Below are positions 35,112-44,788 of a stretch of 64,000 nt of DNA, piece after piece (within the stretch, counting starts at the first letter, position 1; each line of letters opens with the position of its first letter). The DNA lies in NCBI GenBank assembly GCA_037481835.1, contig JBBFKW010000001.1, positions 75,403-139,402 of the forward strand, written 5' to 3'. Made by a program: the position numbers and the translations under genes. The notes under the pieces were generated by a model. It had not been told where the DNA came from. It saw only the letters and a list, made by a program, of their open reading frames with translations, and did not search any database. The DNA comes from Desulfosoma sp. (GTDB lineage Bacteria; Desulfobacterota; Syntrophobacteria; Syntrophobacterales; DSM-9756).

Positions 35112-36737
35112 TCACAGGCCCTGCAATGCATCAAGAACCCGGGCTTGGGCTGTTTGCGCCATGTACGGCCCGAAGGGAAGGCTGAAGACCGTTCGCGAGG
35201 CTTCTTCGGCGACGGGGAAGTCGCCCGGGCGGTAGCCAAGGGAGGCGAAGGCGCCCTGTAGATGCAGGGGCTTCGGATAATAGACCGCCGTGGGAACGCC
35301 CGCTTTCTTCAGCCGATCCATGAGGATGGATCGCGTGTGCGGGTCCTTGGCCCGCACCGTGTACTGGGCCCAGGCGGACAGCGAGCCTTCCGGGACAACG
35401 GGAGGCGTCAGCGCTCCGTCCAGGGCCCGCAGCCCTTCGGTGTAGCGGGCGGCGACGTCCTGGCGGGCTTGAAGCTCGGCGGGGAAGGCTTCGAACTTGG
35501 CCTGGAGGATGGCCGCCTGGAGCGTGTCCAGCCGGGCGTTCAGGCCGATCCGCACGTTGTCGTACTTGTCCGTTCCCTTGCCGTGAACCACAAGGGAACG
35601 ACACACGTCCGCGATGTCGTCCCGGTCCGTAAAGACCATGCCACCGTCCCCGTAGCCTCCCAGGGGCTTCGCCGGAAAGAAGCTCGTCGCCCCCACGTCC
35701 CCGAGGGATCCCGCCTTTCGGCCCTTGTATTCGGCGCCGAAGGACTGGGCCGCATCCTCAATGAGAAAGAGACCGTGTTCTTCACACACGGCCCGCAAGG
35801 CGTCGTAGTCCGCCGGAAGTCCATAAAGGTCCACGGCGATCATCCCTCGAGGCCGAAGTTTCTTGTACGCCTCGCCCCGGGGCAGCGGGTGGAGGTCCGC
35901 ACGACCGTCCCGGAGGGCCCGCACGGCCCGGTCCGCCGACCCCGGGTCCATGTTGTAGGTCTCGGGGTCGATGTCCGCAAAGACGGGGACCGCCCCGAGA
36001 AGGGCAATGACTTCCGCCGTCGCGATGAAGGTGAAAGGGGTCGTCACCACCGCATCGCCGGGACCCACGCCGTAGGCCATGAGCGCCAAAAGAAGGGCGT
36101 CGGTGCCGGAACTGCAGCCCACGGCGTGTTTGACTCCGACGTAATCCGCCACGGCCCTTTCCAATCGCGCCACTTCCGGGCCCAGAATATATCGGCCGTG
36201 ATGCAACACGGTATGGATCCCCTCTTCGAGGCGCGGCCGGATCGCGTCCTGCTGGGCCTTCAGGTCCATGAACTCCAAGGGGGAAGCCTTTTCCCCGAGG
36301 CGCAAGAAATCGACGGGGGAAACGGCGTCGGGGCACTTTGCAAGCACGGCGGCGTCGCGGGTGAGCAGCCGAATCGTTCCCGGAGCAAAACGCCTTAAGG
36401 CCCGAATCAGTTGCTCGTCTTCCGGATCGTCGGCCCCGTACACATCCCCTTCCCCCGAAAGCGCCGCCAGCCAGTGCATGTCCTTGGCCAGTTCCCGGAG
36501 AAGTTCACGGGTCCGATGAGACACCTGTCGCGGAGTGGGGAAAATCCCCTGCTTCGCCCATTGCCGGCAGAGTTCCGAGCGCGTGACGTATTCCAGGGTC
36601 TGGACACTTCCCGCATAGAGCCACACCCGGCCGCCTTGAGCCCGACACGCGGCCACGGCGTCCCGCACCACCTGGAAATGGGGTTCCCGCCCCGTGCAGA
36701 GATCCACCGCAACATTGACATCCAACAGGAGATCCAT
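35112..36737 (-). CDS. PIN domain fused to DegT/WbpE-like aminotransferase
   Basis: N-terminal LLDVNV...E...DDPED...LLTRD (PIN); from about aa 155 EFMDLKAQ...SSGTDAL...EDAAQSFGA...SFFPAKPLGGYGDGG. Confidence 0.88.
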   Translation of the reverse strand: MDLLLDVNVAVDLCTGREPHFQVVRDAVAACRAQGGRVWLYAGSVQTLEYVTRSELCRQWAKQGIFPTPRQVSHRTRELLRELAKDMHWLAALSGEGDVYGADDPEDEQLIRALRRFAPGTIRLLTRDAAVLAKCPDAVSPVDFLRLGEKASPLEFMDLKAQQDAIRPRLEEGIHTVLHHGRYILGPEVARLERAVADYVGVKHAVGCSSGTDALLLALMAYGVGPGDAVVTTPFTFIATAEVIALLGAVPVFADIDPETYNMDPGSADRAVRALRDGRADLHPLPRGEAYKKLRPRGMIAVDLYGLPADYDALRAVCEEHGLFLIEDAAQSFGAEYKGRKAGSLGDVGATSFFPAKPLGGYGDGGMVFTDRDDIADVCRSLVVHGKGTDKYDNVRIGLNARLDTLQAAILQAKFEAFPAELQARQDVAARYTEGLRALDGALTPPVVPEGSLSAWAQYTVRAKDPHTRSILMDRLKKAGVPTAVYYPKPLHLQGAFASLGYRPGDFPVAEEASRTVFSLPFGPYMAQTAQARVLDALQGL

Positions 36738-36740
36738 CTT

Positions 36741-37046
36741 TCACCGGTCCTCTCTCATGGCAAAAGCCCGAATGCGTTCCCACTCTTTTTCGTTCACGGC
36801 CGGAAGTTCTTCGTCCGGAGGAAACGCCGCACGGCGCACGGCTTCCAATCGGCTTTGCATCTCTTCAGCGATGCGCCGGGCTTCCCCGCTCAGGGTATAG
36901 GGCTCGGCGGGGGCCGCTTTGTCCTGTTCTTCCTCGGGCTCCAGCGCCTCTTCGGGAATGGAAAGCACCACCCGAGACCTTTTCAAGGAAATCTCCCGCA
37001 AGGGCTTGAAAACACCGTCTTCCCACAGGGCTTCGATCTCTATCAT
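36741..37046 (-). CDS. Antitoxin AF2212/DUF104-like protein
   Basis: [15 protein letters not shown] signature; directly upstream of the PIN fusion. Confidence 0.75.
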   Translation of the reverse strand: MIEIEALWEDGVFKPLREISLKRSRVVLSIPEEALEPEEEQDKAAPAEPYTLSGEARRIAEEMQSRLEAVRRAAFPPDEELPAVNEKEWERIRAFAMREDR

Positions 37047-38734
37047 GTTTCCGTCCTATGCGTCGTTTCGTCTTCGATCCGTTCCAGGCCTTCGCCTTTT
37101 TGAACATAGCGTTTTCCGCACGAGGAACACACCCACTCCTCGGGGAGGCGTTCCCCGCACTCGCACGCCCAGCCGATCCGCCGGGCCGGATTGCCCACCA
37201 CCAGGGCATGGTCGGGAACGTTTCGGGTGACCACGGCCCCGGCCCCCACGAAGGCGTATCGGCCGATGGTCACGCCGCAGACGATGGTGCAGTTGGCTCC
37301 CAGGGTCGCTCCGGCCTTCACCAGGGTGGGCCGCACCTGGTCCATCTTGCGGATGGCGGCCCGGGGATTGTAGATGTTCGTAAAGACCATGGACGGCCCG
37401 CAAAACACGTAGTCTTCCAGGGTGACTCCTTTGTAAACCGACACGTTGTTCTGGATGCGGCAGCCTCTGCCGATGGTGACATCGGGGCCGATGACCACGT
37501 TCTGGCCGATGTTGCAACCTTCCCCGATGACCGTCCCGGAAAGGATATGGGAAAAATGCCAGACGGCCGTCCCGTCGCCGATCTGAACCCCATCGTCCAC
37601 GACGGCCGTGGGGTGGATGCGCACTCGGCCCGATGCGGAAACGGACGGGGAGGCGGGCTGCGGGGCGGCACTGACGGCGGTCCCTGGGGTGGCGGCGGGC
37701 ATGCGGGTGCACCCCGATTCCAGGGAGCGTTGGGCCAGGTTCAGGATGCGAAGGACCTTCAAGCCTTCGCGGCCGTCGGTTCGAGGGCGGGCGCCGTCCC
37801 GCACGCAGCGGAGGAAGTGTTCGCATTCCACCTTGAGCGGTTCGGCTTCGACCACATCCACCCGTTCGGGGTCGGCCTTGGCCGGCACGGGGACGTTGTT
37901 TTCCCAGCGGATTTCGTGGGGGTAAAGAAGGAGCTTTTCCGGCCAGGGGCGCGTGTCGTCGAAGACGGCCATCTTTCGGTCCCCCACCACCACGAGCTGC
38001 TGCACCTTGAAGGGGTGAAGCCAGGAGACGAAAATGTGGGCGCGAAGCCCGGAGGGGAATTCCAGATGGGTCGTCGTCACGTCGGCGATCTTGCGGTGCA
38101 GGTAATTGCCGCCCGTGGCCCAGACGGCTTCGGGGTCTTCCGCCGCCAGGGCCAGGATCATGGAAATGTCGTGGGGGGCGAAGGACCACAGCGCGTTTTC
38201 TTCCCGGCGGATCTTTCCCAGGTTGAGGCGATGGGAATAGATGTAGTTGATCCGGCCGAGGTCTCCCGAAGCGGCCAGGTCCTTGAGCTTGACGAAGGCG
38301 GGGTGGTAGTGGAGAAGGTGTCCCACCATGAGGGTCAGGCGCCGATCGTCGGCCAGGGCGATGAGCTCGTGCGCTTCGCCTTCGTCCAAGACCAAGGGCT
38401 TTTCCACATAGACGTGCTTTCCCGCAAGGAGCGCTTCCCGGGCCAGGCGGAAGTGCGTTTCCGCAGGTGTGGCGACAACGAGGGCCGAGATGTCGTCCCG
38501 TTCCAGGACGGCGGGAAGGGAGAGAGCGGTGGCGACGTCCGGGTAAAGATGGCGGTAGTGGGCGAGCAGGGTTTCGTTGGTGTCGCAGATGAGCTTCAAG
38601 GCCCCCAGGGCGTGATAGTTCCGCACGAGATTCTTCCCCCAGTACCCGCAGCCGATGACGGCCACAGCGGGGGGATCCTGGGTTGCCGGGAGGGGTGATG
38701 GGGCTAGGGATTGCACCTGGGGCGACTTTTCCAT
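37043..38734 (-). CDS. Gfo/Idh/MocA dehydrogenase fused to hexapeptide N-acetyltransferase (WbpB-WbpD-like)
   Basis: [18 protein letters not shown]-terminal IHPTAVVD...WHFSH...GPSMVFTN...GNPAR..GWACECG. Confidence 0.92.
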   Translation of the reverse strand: MEKSPQVQSLAPSPLPATQDPPAVAVIGCGYWGKNLVRNYHALGALKLICDTNETLLAHYRHLYPDVATALSLPAVLERDDISALVVATPAETHFRLAREALLAGKHVYVEKPLVLDEGEAHELIALADDRRLTLMVGHLLHYHPAFVKLKDLAASGDLGRINYIYSHRLNLGKIRREENALWSFAPHDISMILALAAEDPEAVWATGGNYLHRKIADVTTTHLEFPSGLRAHIFVSWLHPFKVQQLVVVGDRKMAVFDDTRPWPEKLLLYPHEIRWENNVPVPAKADPERVDVVEAEPLKVECEHFLRCVRDGARPRTDGREGLKVLRILNLAQRSLESGCTRMPAATPGTAVSAAPQPASPSVSASGRVRIHPTAVVDDGVQIGDGTAVWHFSHILSGTVIGEGCNIGQNVVIGPDVTIGRGCRIQNNVSVYKGVTLEDYVFCGPSMVFTNIYNPRAAIRKMDQVRPTLVKAGATLGANCTIVCGVTIGRYAFVGAGAVVTRNVPDHALVVGNPARRIGWACECGERLPEEWVCSSCGKRYVQKGEGLERIEDETTHRTET

Positions 38735-38857
38735 GGGGGGACTGACCTCCATTTTCCGGCGAATGTCCATGGGCTGGGTAGGGTCAAGGGACGACTTCCG
38801 AGAGCACTTTTATGAAATGAGAACATGCCTGCGCCTTTCGGCGAAAAAGCATCTCCC

Positions 38858-39292
38858 TTCACCCGTGGGCGGGCCTACGCCTGAGGGCGGGTGCACGGAA
38901 GGACGCAGGGGGCATCCTGGGGGGTGTATTCGGGAACCAAGGTTTTCAGGGCGCGGCGGACGGCGGCGGCGTCCTGGGCCAGGGCCGCGGCCACCAGGTC
39001 CTGGAGTTCCCGGGAAAACCGGGGTGAAGACGATGTCCACGTCCACGCCGGGGCGCTTTCCGCACAATCGAATGAGGTCCCGGGCCATGTCGGCGATGCG
39101 CACCGGGGTGCCCATTTCCAGGACGAAGATCTCGCCCCCGCGGCCCAGGGTCGCCGCCTGCAAGATGAGCTGGGCCGCTTCGGGAATGGTCATGAAATAC
39201 CGGGTGACCTGCGGGTGGGTGACCGTCACGGGCCCGCCCCGCTCGATCTGCTTCGTAAAGAGCGGGATGACGGATCCCGACGAGCCGATGAC
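38858..39292 (-). pseudogene. Duplicated, internally deleted 3' end of the pglF/wbpM-like gene
   Basis: Near-identical to 41407-41978 but lacks about 41573-41709. Confidence 0.92.
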
Positions 39293-39483
39293 CAAGAACT
39301 CACGAGCGGCTACTGCTGTGTGAAAAAGAACAAATCAGCCGTGTCACCTCTACACTATCTTGTTTCCACGCCCTTATGTGATATCTTCAACTCACAGCAC
39401 TCTCTTCCAGCAAAGAGAGTTCTCTCCTGTGCCGGAAACGGTGTCGCCCAAGATGGCAACGGATCTCATTGTCCACTGCCCTA

Positions 39484-39750
39484 TTACAAACGGACAGGAC
39501 ACTTCCAACCGCTGCATACCCGCGCCGCCTTCTGGGCGTGCGATCCCGAGCCGACCTCCCAATTCACGTCGGGCCGTGGCAGCTCCAGCTCGTCGAAGAA
39601 CACCTGCGACATGTTGGCCTCGTAGTGCCGGCCCGTATGCACGAGAACCTGCTCAAAGGTCTCCGGATGCTGCGCCATTTCGTGCATGGTCGGCGCGATC
39701 TTCATAAAGTTGGGCCGCGCGCCCACGACGTGAAGGAAGCGTTGTTTCAT
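39484..39750 (-). pseudogene. UDP-GlcNAc 2-epimerase 5' fragment
   Basis: HVVGARPNFMKIAP...HTGRHY...MSQVFF...GSGSHA, then truncated. Confidence 0.85.
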
Positions 39751-39816
39751 GGCCGCCATGTCAACCCCGCTACGACCATCCGGCAAACACGGCTACTCTC
39801 GTCGCTTCGCATGCCA

Positions 39817-40317
39817 TCAGAGATCCGTTTCTTTACTCTCTTGCAGAAGCTGGCTAAACAAATCCGCGCGAATATGAAAGCCGGCCCTTTGCCGCAATTC
39901 CTCCATCGCTGCGCGTAGCGACGACAATCTCCCCTCACGTCGTGCCCGCAAGAGGATGCCCAAGACGCCAACGACCTTCAGCCCCAGGGATTTGGCAACC
40001 CGTCGCCCCTCCCGCTCATCCAACAACGTCCACTCCGCCTGCATCTGGACCGCCAACGCGATGGCTTCGGCTTCACCTCGATCCAGCTCACGCTGAAGCA
40101 CCCGAGCCAGCGCCCGCTCTCTCACCTCTTCGACTCGAAGCCATCCTTTCTCCAACGCCTCTCTTACCGCCGCAGAACCGGGCAGACTCTCTTCAACGCG
40201 CAGCTCCTCCACCACCCCCACCGGAATCCACACCTCGCCGAACTGCTCACGCAGCAAGGGAAGCTGTCCGATAATCGCCAGGTTCAAAAGGGGCGAGGTG
40301 TTACTCACCACGGGCAT
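39817..40317 (-). CDS. DUF3368 PIN-domain protein (putative toxin)
   Basis: VVSNTSPLLNL, LDRGEAEAIALA, LLDEREGR, GVLGIL. Confidence 0.88.
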   Translation of the reverse strand: MPVVSNTSPLLNLAIIGQLPLLREQFGEVWIPVGVVEELRVEESLPGSAAVREALEKGWLRVEEVRERALARVLQRELDRGEAEAIALAVQMQAEWTLLDEREGRRVAKSLGLKVVGVLGILLRARREGRLSSLRAAMEELRQRAGFHIRADLFSQLLQESKETDL

Positions 40318-40555
40318 ACATGAGATCGTCCTCCATCTCCTCCTGTCCGTAGTGCCGCAGGATGCCTTGCTCCCCTAATCGTCGGCCAAACTCGTATTTT
40401 CCAAGTCCTGCCAGCTCTGCGGCCTTACCCAACGACAAAAGCCCCCTGGCATATAAAGCCACGGCTAGCTCCACCAGGAGCTCTTGGGCCATGCGCTCTT
40501 CCGGTAGACGAATTGCCTGAACAATGGCATCGGGAATCTGCAATTGTACGCTCAT
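40301..40555 (-). CDS. UPF0175 family protein (putative antitoxin)
   Basis: ELAVALY...LSLGKAAELAG...F...L; overlaps the DUF3368 start. Confidence 0.88.
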   Translation of the reverse strand: MSVQLQIPDAIVQAIRLPEERMAQELLVELAVALYARGLLSLGKAAELAGLGKYEFGRRLGEQGILRHYGQEEMEDDLMYARGE

Positions 40556-40744
40556 GGCCTCTCCTCAACCATATCCCGATTCCTTCATGTAATTCGCTCA
40601 ATGTCCTCAGCTCCCGATACGATGACCCGATCGGGTTTACAATCCAGAGCCAAATGACGCCGACCTTCTCCGCCACGAATGATACAAATTTTCACAAAAG
40701 ATCTTCTCCCGCGGCAAAACCATTCCGGCAAGGCTCAGCCGGCT

Positions 40745-40972
40745 TCAGGCAGGAATCATCTCAGCGGGCGAGGGAATGAGCGCCACTTCAAATTGCAGCT
40801 TGTGTTGCAATACCTCAGAAGCATCCAGCACTTCGATGCCGATCAGCCTACCCTGCCTGTCAAAATCGGCATGTACGCCAGGTGACACGGTTTCGGTCTT
40901 CGCCGCTTTCTCACCTACAGGGCCCAACCAGATATACAACAAGTCCCGCAAAGGGTCATATTCAATCTTCAT
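40745..40972 (-). CDS. DUF2283 family protein
   Basis: MKIEYDP..DLLYI...DFD..GRLIGIEVLDAS. Confidence 0.88.
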   Translation of the reverse strand: MKIEYDPLRDLLYIWLGPVGEKAAKTETVSPGVHADFDRQGRLIGIEVLDASEVLQHKLQFEVALIPSPAEMIPA

Positions 40973-41196
40973 TTCGCTCCCCTCCGCGGAAAACGATGCC
41001 CATAACGAGCCTTCGTCGTCAATAAGATAATCCCTTCATCGGTGACCTTGTAGTACACCGTCACCTCTTTCTCCTGATAGAATTGCCCTTCCCATTCCGC
41101 CGCGGAGTCAAACACCATAACTTTCCCTGCCGTACCCGGTTTGACATCACTGGCTTCCCAACCAAGGGTTTCTTTTCGCGGCAAAACTACTCGCAC
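40969..41196 (-). pseudogene. Probable DUF4258-like toxin, 5'-truncated
   Basis: Stop overlaps the DUF2283 start (ATGA); WEGQFYQEKEVTVYY...ILLTTKARYG; 5' part replaced by duplicated sequence. Confidence 0.5.
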
Positions 41197-41211
41197 AAGG
41201 CTCAGCCAGCC

Positions 41212-41406
41212 TCAGGCCGAGAACGCCCCAGCGGGCAAGGGCATGAGCATCACCTCACATTGCAGCTTGTGTTGCAACATCTCAGAAGCATCCAGCACTT
41301 CGATGCCGATCAGCTTACCCTGCCTTTCAAAATCAGCATGTACACCCGGTGTCGCGGTTTCGGTCTTGGCCGCTTTCTCACCCTTAGGGCCAAACCAGAT
41401 ATACAT
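41212..41406 (-). pseudogene. Second DUF2283 copy, N-terminally truncated
   Basis: YIWFGPKGEKAAKTET...GKLIGIEVLDASE; lacks MKIEYDP..DL; cut at the duplication boundary. Confidence 0.8.
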
Positions 41407-41423
41407 TTCACCCGCGGGCGGGC

Positions 41424-43385
41424 CTAAGGCTGAGGCCTCGTGCACGGAAGGACGCAGGGAGAATCCTGGGGGGTGTATTCGGGAACCAAGGTTTTCAGGG
41501 CGCGGCGGACGGCGGCGGCGTCCTGGGCCAGAGCTGCGTCCACCAGGTCCTGGAGTTCCCGGGAAAACCGGGTGGGGAAATCTTCCCCCGGCGCCCCGGA
41601 GCCGTTTCCGTTGGGACGAAGGACCAGGATCTTTTCGTGGGCCGTGTGCTCGATCCCTTCATCGTGGGTGATGAGTTCCTCGTAGAGCTTCTCCCCTTCC
41701 CGAAGGCCGGTGAAGACGATGTCCACGTCCTCGCCGGGGCGCTTTCCGCACAATCGGATGAGGTCCCGGGCCATGTCGGCGATGCGCACCGGGGTGCCCA
41801 TTTCCAGGACGAAGATCTCGCCCCCGCGGCCCAGGGTCGCCGCCTGCAAGATGAGCTGGGCCGCTTCGGGAATGGTCATGAAATACCGGGTGACCTGCGG
41901 GTGGGTGACCGTCACGGGCCCGCCCCGCTCGATCTGCTTCGTAAAGAGCGGGATGACGGATCCCGACGAGCCGATGACGTTTCCGAACCGCACGGCCATG
42001 AAACGCGTTTCCCCGCCCCGTTCGTGATACGTGCGCAACAAGAGCTCCGCCGTCCTCTTGCTCGCCCCCATGACGTTGGTGGGCCGAACGGCCTTGTCCG
42101 TGGACACCAACACGAAGCGCTCCGCACCGTACCGGGCCGCGAGATCCATCACGACCCGGCTTCCCAAGACGTTGTTGAAGACCGCCTCCCAGGGGTTCAG
42201 TTCCAGCATGGGCACGTGCTTGTAGGCCGCCGCGTGGAAGACCACCGCGGGCTCGTAGGTCAAAAAGATCTTTTCCATGAGCGGCTCGTTTTGCACCCGG
42301 GTCAAGAAACAGCGGTACGACCGGAAACCGACGCCGTGCTGCAGCTCCATCTGGATCTCGTAGAGGTTCGCCTCGCCCGCATCCACCAGGACGAGAAGGC
42401 TCGGGGAGAATTTGACCAGCTGCCGGATGAGTTCCGAGCCGATGGATCCCCCGGCCCCCGTGACCAAAACGCATTTCCCGCCCACGCACCGCCGGATCCC
42501 CTCCAGGTCCAAAGACACGGGAGGCCGGCCCAGAAGATCCTGGTAATTGACGTCCCGCAGGTTCCGGACACTCACCTTGCCGTTCATGAGGGCCCCGATG
42601 GCCGGAAGGGTCCTGTAGGGAACGCCGCACGCCTTGCACAGATCCACAACGCGGCGCATCTCCCGGCCCGAAGCCGACGGCATGGCGATGAAGATTTCCC
42701 GGACGAAGAACCGCTCCGCCACCTCCGCGACGGCATCCACCGGCCCGAGCACGGGAACGCCGTGGAGGGTGCGGCCGTGCTTTCCGGGATCGTCGTCCAG
42801 AAAACCCGCCACATGGTAGTTCAGGGACGGATTGTCCAGGATTTCCCGAAGCATCTTTTCCCCGGCCTGGCCCGCGCCGATGATGAGGACGCACTTGCCA
42901 TTGTTGCCGGGTCTGCGCCGCACGGGGACCGGCAGCCCCACGCACACCTGGCTCCCGGACCGGGACGCGTACCAGTTGCGGACGAAACCTCGAAGGCCGC
43001 TGCACAGGACGAAGGTGAGCACCGCATCCAGGACGAAAACCGCTCGGGAAAGGCCCTGGAAGCGCGACGTGTACACGAGAACCACGGACGTCATGGAAAA
43101 GGACGCCGCCACGGCCAGGCCCAGGCGCCACAGGTCCAGAAGGCTGAAAAACCGCCACATCCCCCGGTAAAGGCCCAGGGCCATGAAAAACGCCAGCTTG
43201 AGCGGGATCATCCAGGCAAGGAGCCGGCCCATTTCGCTCAGGTGCGGCTCGAGCTGGAACTCGAAGCGCAAGGCGTAGGCCCCCGCAAGGGCCGCGGCAC
43301 AACACGCGCTGTCGGCCGCCACCATGACGTAAAAGTTGGGGTTCCTCAGCGAAAACAAGGTAAAAGGGCGAACCGGGCGCGCCAT
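41424..43385 (-). CDS. Membrane-bound UDP-GlcNAc 4,6-dehydratase (PglF/WbpM/CapD family); alternative start 43448
   Basis: 4 N-terminal TM segments, [68 protein letters not shown]. Confidence 0.95.
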   Translation of the reverse strand: MARPVRPFTLFSLRNPNFYVMVAADSACCAAALAGAYALRFEFQLEPHLSEMGRLLAWMIPLKLAFFMALGLYRGMWRFFSLLDLWRLGLAVAASFSMTSVVLVYTSRFQGLSRAVFVLDAVLTFVLCSGLRGFVRNWYASRSGSQVCVGLPVPVRRRPGNNGKCVLIIGAGQAGEKMLREILDNPSLNYHVAGFLDDDPGKHGRTLHGVPVLGPVDAVAEVAERFFVREIFIAMPSASGREMRRVVDLCKACGVPYRTLPAIGALMNGKVSVRNLRDVNYQDLLGRPPVSLDLEGIRRCVGGKCVLVTGAGGSIGSELIRQLVKFSPSLLVLVDAGEANLYEIQMELQHGVGFRSYRCFLTRVQNEPLMEKIFLTYEPAVVFHAAAYKHVPMLELNPWEAVFNNVLGSRVVMDLAARYGAERFVLVSTDKAVRPTNVMGASKRTAELLLRTYHERGGETRFMAVRFGNVIGSSGSVIPLFTKQIERGGPVTVTHPQVTRYFMTIPEAAQLILQAATLGRGGEIFVLEMGTPVRIADMARDLIRLCGKRPGEDVDIVFTGLREGEKLYEELITHDEGIEHTAHEKILVLRPNGNGSGAPGEDFPTRFSRELQDLVDAALAQDAAAVRRALKTLVPEYTPQDSPCVLPCTRPQP

Positions 43386-43659
43386 GGAAGCCTCCCCCCC
43401 CCGCGGATCTTCGTCGGCGAAGACAGAGCTTCGCCAACTCGGTTCCACCGAGGCCCTAGAGCATCACATCCAGGTGGGGCGAAAAATCCCGATCATTTTA
43501 CTTCGCTTTAACTCCCTGAACTTGTTTGCTATATAGGAAAAGAAACACACAGCGTCAAGAACTTTTCTTTTTGACGGGCTTTCGGCCAAAATATTGACGA
43601 TCCGGGGGGGCCTCCCTGCGGCGGGAGGGGGAAGCCCCGGGCCGAGGGGGACGTGGGCG

Positions 43660-44442
43660 ATGATCGATCTTCACATGCACTGTCTTCCAGGGTTGGACGA
43701 CGGGGCCGCCGACATGGCGGAAGCCCTGGCCATGGCACGCACGGCCGTGGAGGACGGCGTTTCGGCGGTGGCGGCGACCCCCCACTGGGTTCCCGGGCTC
43801 TACGAGAACACGCGCCACCGCATCCTTGCGGCCGTGGAGCGATTCCGGGGGGCTCTGGACCGGGAGGGCATCTCCCTGCGGGTGCACGCCGGAGCGGAAC
43901 TCCACCTGGATCCGTCCATTCCCGGAGCTTTGGTCGAAGGAAAGCTCCTGACGCTCAACGACGGCTTGCGCTACGTTCTCATCGAACTGCCCGGGATTTT
44001 CATCCCCGAGCACGTGGAGGGCTTCTGGTTCCGGCTTCGAGCCCTGGGCTTCGTCCCCATCGCGGCCCATCCTGAGCGGTGCATCACCGTGGTTCGAAAG
44101 CCGGACATCCTGGCCTCGTGGGTTCGCTCGGGCCTCTTGGTGCAGGCGACGGCGGCGAGCCTTTCCGGCCGGTTCGGGCCGGAAGTGCGCCGGCTGTGCG
44201 AGCGCCTCCTGGAACGGGGACTGGTCCATGTCATCGCTTCGGACAGCCACGGGACGGTCGATCGGCCGCCGAGGCTTTCAGAGGCGCGGGAGGCGGCGGC
44301 GAGGATCGTGGGCGAGGAGGCCGCGCGGGCCATGGTGGAGGAGGTGCCGCGGCGGATTCTTGCGGGGGAGGAGGTGGATCCGGGGCTGGTGCGGGCGGGG
44401 CGGCCGGGGCGTGGAGGGTGGTGGCGGAGGGTGTGGAGGTAG
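43660..44442 (+). CDS. CpsB/CapC PHP-family tyrosine phosphatase
   Basis: MIDLHMHCLPGLDDG, ATPH, AHPER, ASDSH. Confidence 0.93.
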   Translation: MIDLHMHCLPGLDDGAADMAEALAMARTAVEDGVSAVAATPHWVPGLYENTRHRILAAVERFRGALDREGISLRVHAGAELHLDPSIPGALVEGKLLTLNDGLRYVLIELPGIFIPEHVEGFWFRLRALGFVPIAAHPERCITVVRKPDILASWVRSGLLVQATAASLSGRFGPEVRRLCERLLERGLVHVIASDSHGTVDRPPRLSEAREAAARIVGEEAARAMVEEVPRRILAGEEVDPGLVRAGRPGRGGWWRRVWR

Positions 44443-44458
44443 GGGGGGGATATCTTGC

Positions 44459-44788
44459 CCCCTCAGCCTAGCCCTCTCCCCCCCTCACCTTAGCCCTCTC
44501 CCCCCTCACCCTAGCCCTCTCCCCCCAAAAGGGGGGAGAGGGGATAGAAATGTTCTCCCCAAAGAGGGGAGAGGGGATAACAATGTTCCCCGCAAAGGGA
44601 GGGGATAGAAATGTTTTTCCCAAAGGGGGGAGAGGGAATGAGAATGTTCTCCCCAAAGGGAGGGGAGGGGATAGAAATGTTTTCCCCAAAGGGGGGGGAG
44701 GGACAGATGATGTTCGCGAGGGGCTGGAAGAGGGGCTGGGCGCGGGGCTGGAAGAGGGGCTGGAAGAGGGGCTGGGCGGGGGGCTGGG
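44459..44788. repeat. Composite tandem repeat array between convergent genes
   Basis: 3x ctcaccctagccctctccccc-like; about 6x 28-34-bp aaagggg(g)agaggggatagaaatgttytcccc; 5-6x 12-bp ggggctggaaga/ggggctgggcgc. Confidence 0.9.

Noticed and set aside
44528..44720. Possible CRISPR array (about 32-bp periodicity)
   Set aside because: Units are contiguous degenerate tandem repeats with no unique spacers, and there are no cas genes in the window.
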